A DNA stretch of 46,340 nucleotides from a virus (Duplodnaviria; Caudoviricetes), in the IMG/VR virus record IMGVR_UViG_3300005286_000037, positions 1 to 46,340 of that record; one strand, written 5' to 3'. Of the stretch, positions 43,928-46,340 are shown one piece after another; the first letter of the stretch is position 1; each line of letters begins with the position of its first letter. A program made the translations under genes and the position numbers. The notes beneath the pieces are model-generated. The model searched no databases and had not been told where the DNA came from. It saw nothing but the letters and a program-made list of their open reading frames with translations.

Positions 43928-44216
43928 GCTGACAAAGGATGCGTGGCGAGCGCTGAAATACATTTCTGCTCAGCCAGTCAATGGCCCTGCCCCCGGTTGG
44001 AACGCAGATTGCGAACTGGCACCGGACGGCCATGAGCCAATGGACGGGACTGATTTGCAGACGTTGTTTAATCTCGGACTGCTTTCGGCCATCCCAATAC
44101 CGCCGCCGCACTCGGAAGATTTTAACGAAGAGGCGGGGTCGATTGTTCGGGACCACGAATGGGTGATCACCCCCGCAGGCCGCGCCGCTCTCGCAGATCA
44201 CGGGGGTGGGGAATGA
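43920..44216 (+). CDS. Hypothetical wHTH-like protein
   Basis: MVRLTK...LF..GLL...ITPAGRAAL; RBS GGAGG. Confidence 0.6.
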   Translation: MVRLTKDAWRALKYISAQPVNGPAPGWNADCELAPDGHEPMDGTDLQTLFNLGLLSAIPIPPPHSEDFNEEAGSIVRDHEWVITPAGRAALADHGGGE

Positions 44217-44416
44217 GCGGGTTGGTGGAATGCACTGACGAGTTCCTGAAGCAGGTTGCGCACATCCTCGGCTCTCAAGCGGCGGCGGCCCAAGCACTCG
44301 CCGAACGTGACCGGCGGCGCGCTGGTGGCGAGGACGCTATGGTGTACTGGTCGCGAGATCGAGGGGTGCTTTTCGTCGGCCCTCGCATTGAAGAGGGCCT
44401 CACCCATGAGCAGTGA
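44213..44416 (+). CDS. Hypothetical protein
   Basis: ATGA overlap with the upstream gene. Confidence 0.55.
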   Translation: MSGLVECTDEFLKQVAHILGSQAAAAQALAERDRRRAGGEDAMVYWSRDRGVLFVGPRIEEGLTHEQ

Positions 44417-44627
44417 TGTGAAGATACCGGACGCGGTGCGCGAACTGGACGAATATCTGGCGGCAATCGGCGGATGCAGCGATGGTTATTGCATCATCGT
44501 CAAGCCGAAGGGAATGCACACCAATGGCGGCTGCCGGTGCGCTTCTGACCGCACGAAGATGCAGCGGTTTGCCTACGCTCACAACCGCTTCGCCGCCGCC
44601 ATCCGCAGCCTTGGAGAACAGGAATGA
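44406..44627 (+). CDS. Cys-rich small protein
   Basis: GGCSDGYC...KGMHTNGGCRC. Confidence 0.65.
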   Translation: MSSDVKIPDAVRELDEYLAAIGGCSDGYCIIVKPKGMHTNGGCRCASDRTKMQRFAYAHNRFAAAIRSLGEQE

Positions 44628-44914
44628 ACATGAGGCAGAAGATAGCCCATCGCATTCAAACCAAGCTGATCGAGCTTGAGCCGTGGGAACTCACCGACAG
44701 CGAGGCCGGAGAAATAGCCGACGCCGTTCTGGACGCCCTCATGGAGCCGACCAAGGAAATGATCTTGGAAGGCGAGAAAGAGTTATCGGACCAACTTGAT
44801 AGCGACTTTTCGAGCAACATCGACGGGGACGTGGAATGGTATACAAGCCTTCGCCCTGGCGCTGAAACCGCGACGTTCATCGCCTTCATCCGCGCCGCAA
44901 AGGAGGGGAAATGA
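44624..44914 (+). CDS. Hypothetical protein
   Basis: ALMEPTKEMILEG motif; coupled on both sides. Confidence 0.65.
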   Translation: MNMRQKIAHRIQTKLIELEPWELTDSEAGEIADAVLDALMEPTKEMILEGEKELSDQLDSDFSSNIDGDVEWYTSLRPGAETATFIAFIRAAKEGK

Positions 44915-45084
44915 CCCGCGCGCTCTCGATCACCAAGCGCCAGGCCAAGACCCTGCTCAAGGCGGCAGAGGAAGAACACGCCATTGTCGAGGTCGAAACC
45001 AAGATCGGCATCGTTCGGCTGATCCCAGCCTCGCTCGCTCGGAAAGACGAAATGCTTGACGAGGAGCCCAAGGGCTACTTCTGA
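44911..45084 (+). CDS. Putative excisionase / recombination directionality factor (57 aa, not in ORF track)
   Basis: MTRALSITKRQAKTLLKAA...; RBS AGGAGG; TGATG overlap with the integrase start. Confidence 0.6.
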   Translation: MTRALSITKRQAKTLLKAAEEEHAIVEVETKIGIVRLIPASLARKDEMLDEEPKGYF

Positions 45085-46184
45085 TGCAGGCCACCATGCC
45101 GCGCCCACGCAAGCCCTATGTCCAGCGCGAAAAGACGCGCCACGGAAAGACCGTCTGGTATTTCCGGCGCGGCGATGGCCCACGCATCCGCTTGCCGGGT
45201 GAGTATGAGAGCCCCGAATGGCTGGAGGCATATGAAGCCGCTCTAGGCGGTCAGAAGCCCCCTCCTCCGAATACCGTCACCGGCACATTCCGTTGGCTGG
45301 TGGACCGATACAAAGCGAGCGCCAAGTTCGCGGGTCTTGCGCCCGATACGCAGAAGTTCCGTGCAGGCATTCTTGACCGCGTAGCAAAGACGGCTGGCGA
45401 TTTGAGGCTGACGCAGATCACGCGCGCCATGATCGCAGAGGGCCGCGACCGAAGGGCCGAAACTCCTTTCGCGGCAATCAACTACCTCAAGGTGATGAAC
45501 CAGATTTTCGCCTTCGCTGTGGATGCGGGCTACATGTCCAGCAACCCGGCGAAAGGCATAGACCGCCCTTCCCCAGCCACTGCCGGCCACCACACATGGA
45601 CCGTCGAGGAAGTGCGCCGGTTTCAGAAGCGATGGCCGCTCGGGACGCGCGAGCGCCTTGCCATGGACCTGCTGCTCTACACCGGCCTTCGCCGGGGGGA
45701 TCTAGTGCAGCTCGGGCGGCAGCATGTCCGCAACGGCATCATCCGCTACCGCGCCACAAAAAATGGCGTTGAGATCGTGCTGCCCATGCTGCCGGTCCTT
45801 CAGCAGACCATAGACGCGGGGCCGACTGGCGACCTGACCTATCTCGCCACAGTGCGGAATACGCCGTGGAAGAAAGAGTCATTCGGTACGTGGTTCAGGG
45901 AGGCTTGTATCGCTGCGAAGGTGCCAGGCCGAGCGCATGGGCTTCGGAAGGCAGGGGCCACGTTCGCGGCGGAGAACGGCGCGACGGACCAGCAGCTAAT
46001 GGCCATTTTCGGATGGACCAACCCGGAGCAAGCGGCGGTTTACACGCGCACCGCGAGCCGCGCCAAGATGGCGGCTATGGGCGTCGGGATGCTCCAGCCG
46101 AACGCCGCAGAAGAGGATCAATCGGGAACGTCTATCCCCGCACCTTCCGATCCGGTGCGGGGTTCAGAGGAAAAACCCGAATGA
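45084..46184 (+). CDS. int: Tyrosine integrase
   Basis: LLYTGLRRGD (R), KNG (K), HGLRK (HxxR), FGW, VYT (catalytic Y); ends 26 bp before the att core. Confidence 0.97.
   Translation: MQATMPRPRKPYVQREKTRHGKTVWYFRRGDGPRIRLPGEYESPEWLEAYEAALGGQKPPPPNTVTGTFRWLVDRYKASAKFAGLAPDTQKFRAGILDRVAKTAGDLRLTQITRAMIAEGRDRRAETPFAAINYLKVMNQIFAFAVDAGYMSSNPAKGIDRPSPATAGHHTWTVEEVRRFQKRWPLGTRERLAMDLLLYTGLRRGDLVQLGRQHVRNGIIRYRATKNGVEIVLPMLPVLQQTIDAGPTGDLTYLATVRNTPWKKESFGTWFREACIAAKVPGRAHGLRKAGATFAAENGATDQQLMAIFGWTNPEQAAVYTRTASRAKMAAMGVGMLQPNAAEEDQSGTSIPAPSDPVRGSEEKPE
46136..46162. promoter_or_regulatory. Candidate integrase arm-type sites, right
   Basis: CCCCGCACC (46136-44) and its inverse GGTGCGGGG (46154-62). 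Confidence 0.6.
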
Positions 46185-46210
46185 AATCAATGCCTCAAAA
46201 TCTACATTGC

Positions 46211-46229
46211 AATCCTGTCGGGATCGCCA
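46211..46229 (+). repeat. att core, right copy
   Basis: Exact duplicate of 112-130. Confidence 0.96.
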
Positions 46230-46340
46230 CCTATTTCAAAGGCTTATCCGATTTTCAGCACACTCGCAGCGGACACGCTCTGCGCATGACGCAACGTGGC
46301 AATCGCGCCTTCCGGGTGGCAAGGCCCGTAAGGTCCTCCC

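Larger units (their letters stand above)
112..46229. mobile_element. Complete temperate siphovirus-type prophage (~46.1 kb)
   Basis: Flanked by identical 19-bp direct repeats. Contains integrase, immunity, replication, packaging, head, tail and lysis modules with no obvious broken structural gene. Confidence 0.96.

Overview
The window holds one apparently complete ~46.1 kb temperate siphovirus-type prophage (HK97-like head, non-contractile tail) integrated in the 3' end of a host tRNA-Arg(TCT), bounded by a 19-bp att core (112-130 and 46211-46229). The gene content (GapR-like protein, RegA-like HTH, GTA-gp10-like tail chaperone) points to an alphaproteobacterial host; this is inference. From the right end the modules are: integrase/excisionase and a leftward-arm accessory string, ERF/NinB recombination, a cI/cro switch with four visible operators, Ssb/DnaB/initiator replication with iterons, a Q-like late regulator, an initiator-type tRNA-Met, packaging, head, tail and lysis genes. 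The most unusual content is glycan-modifying. A GT-B glycosyltransferase and a Stealth-type sugar-phosphate transferase are translationally coupled between the major capsid and portal genes (candidate virion glycosylation system). A second cassette of two FkbM methyltransferases, a GT-A transferase and a sulfotransferase-like gene lies between tail fibre and endolysin. Other leads are a stand-alone RegA/PrrA-like DNA-binding domain, a SymR-like antisense RNA over a leader peptide in the lysis region, an unexplained multibranched RNA next to the phage tRNA, an HD hydrolase plus zinc-ribbon moron, and a repeat-flanked in-frame domain cassette. All product calls come from motif recognition by eye; no database search was run.
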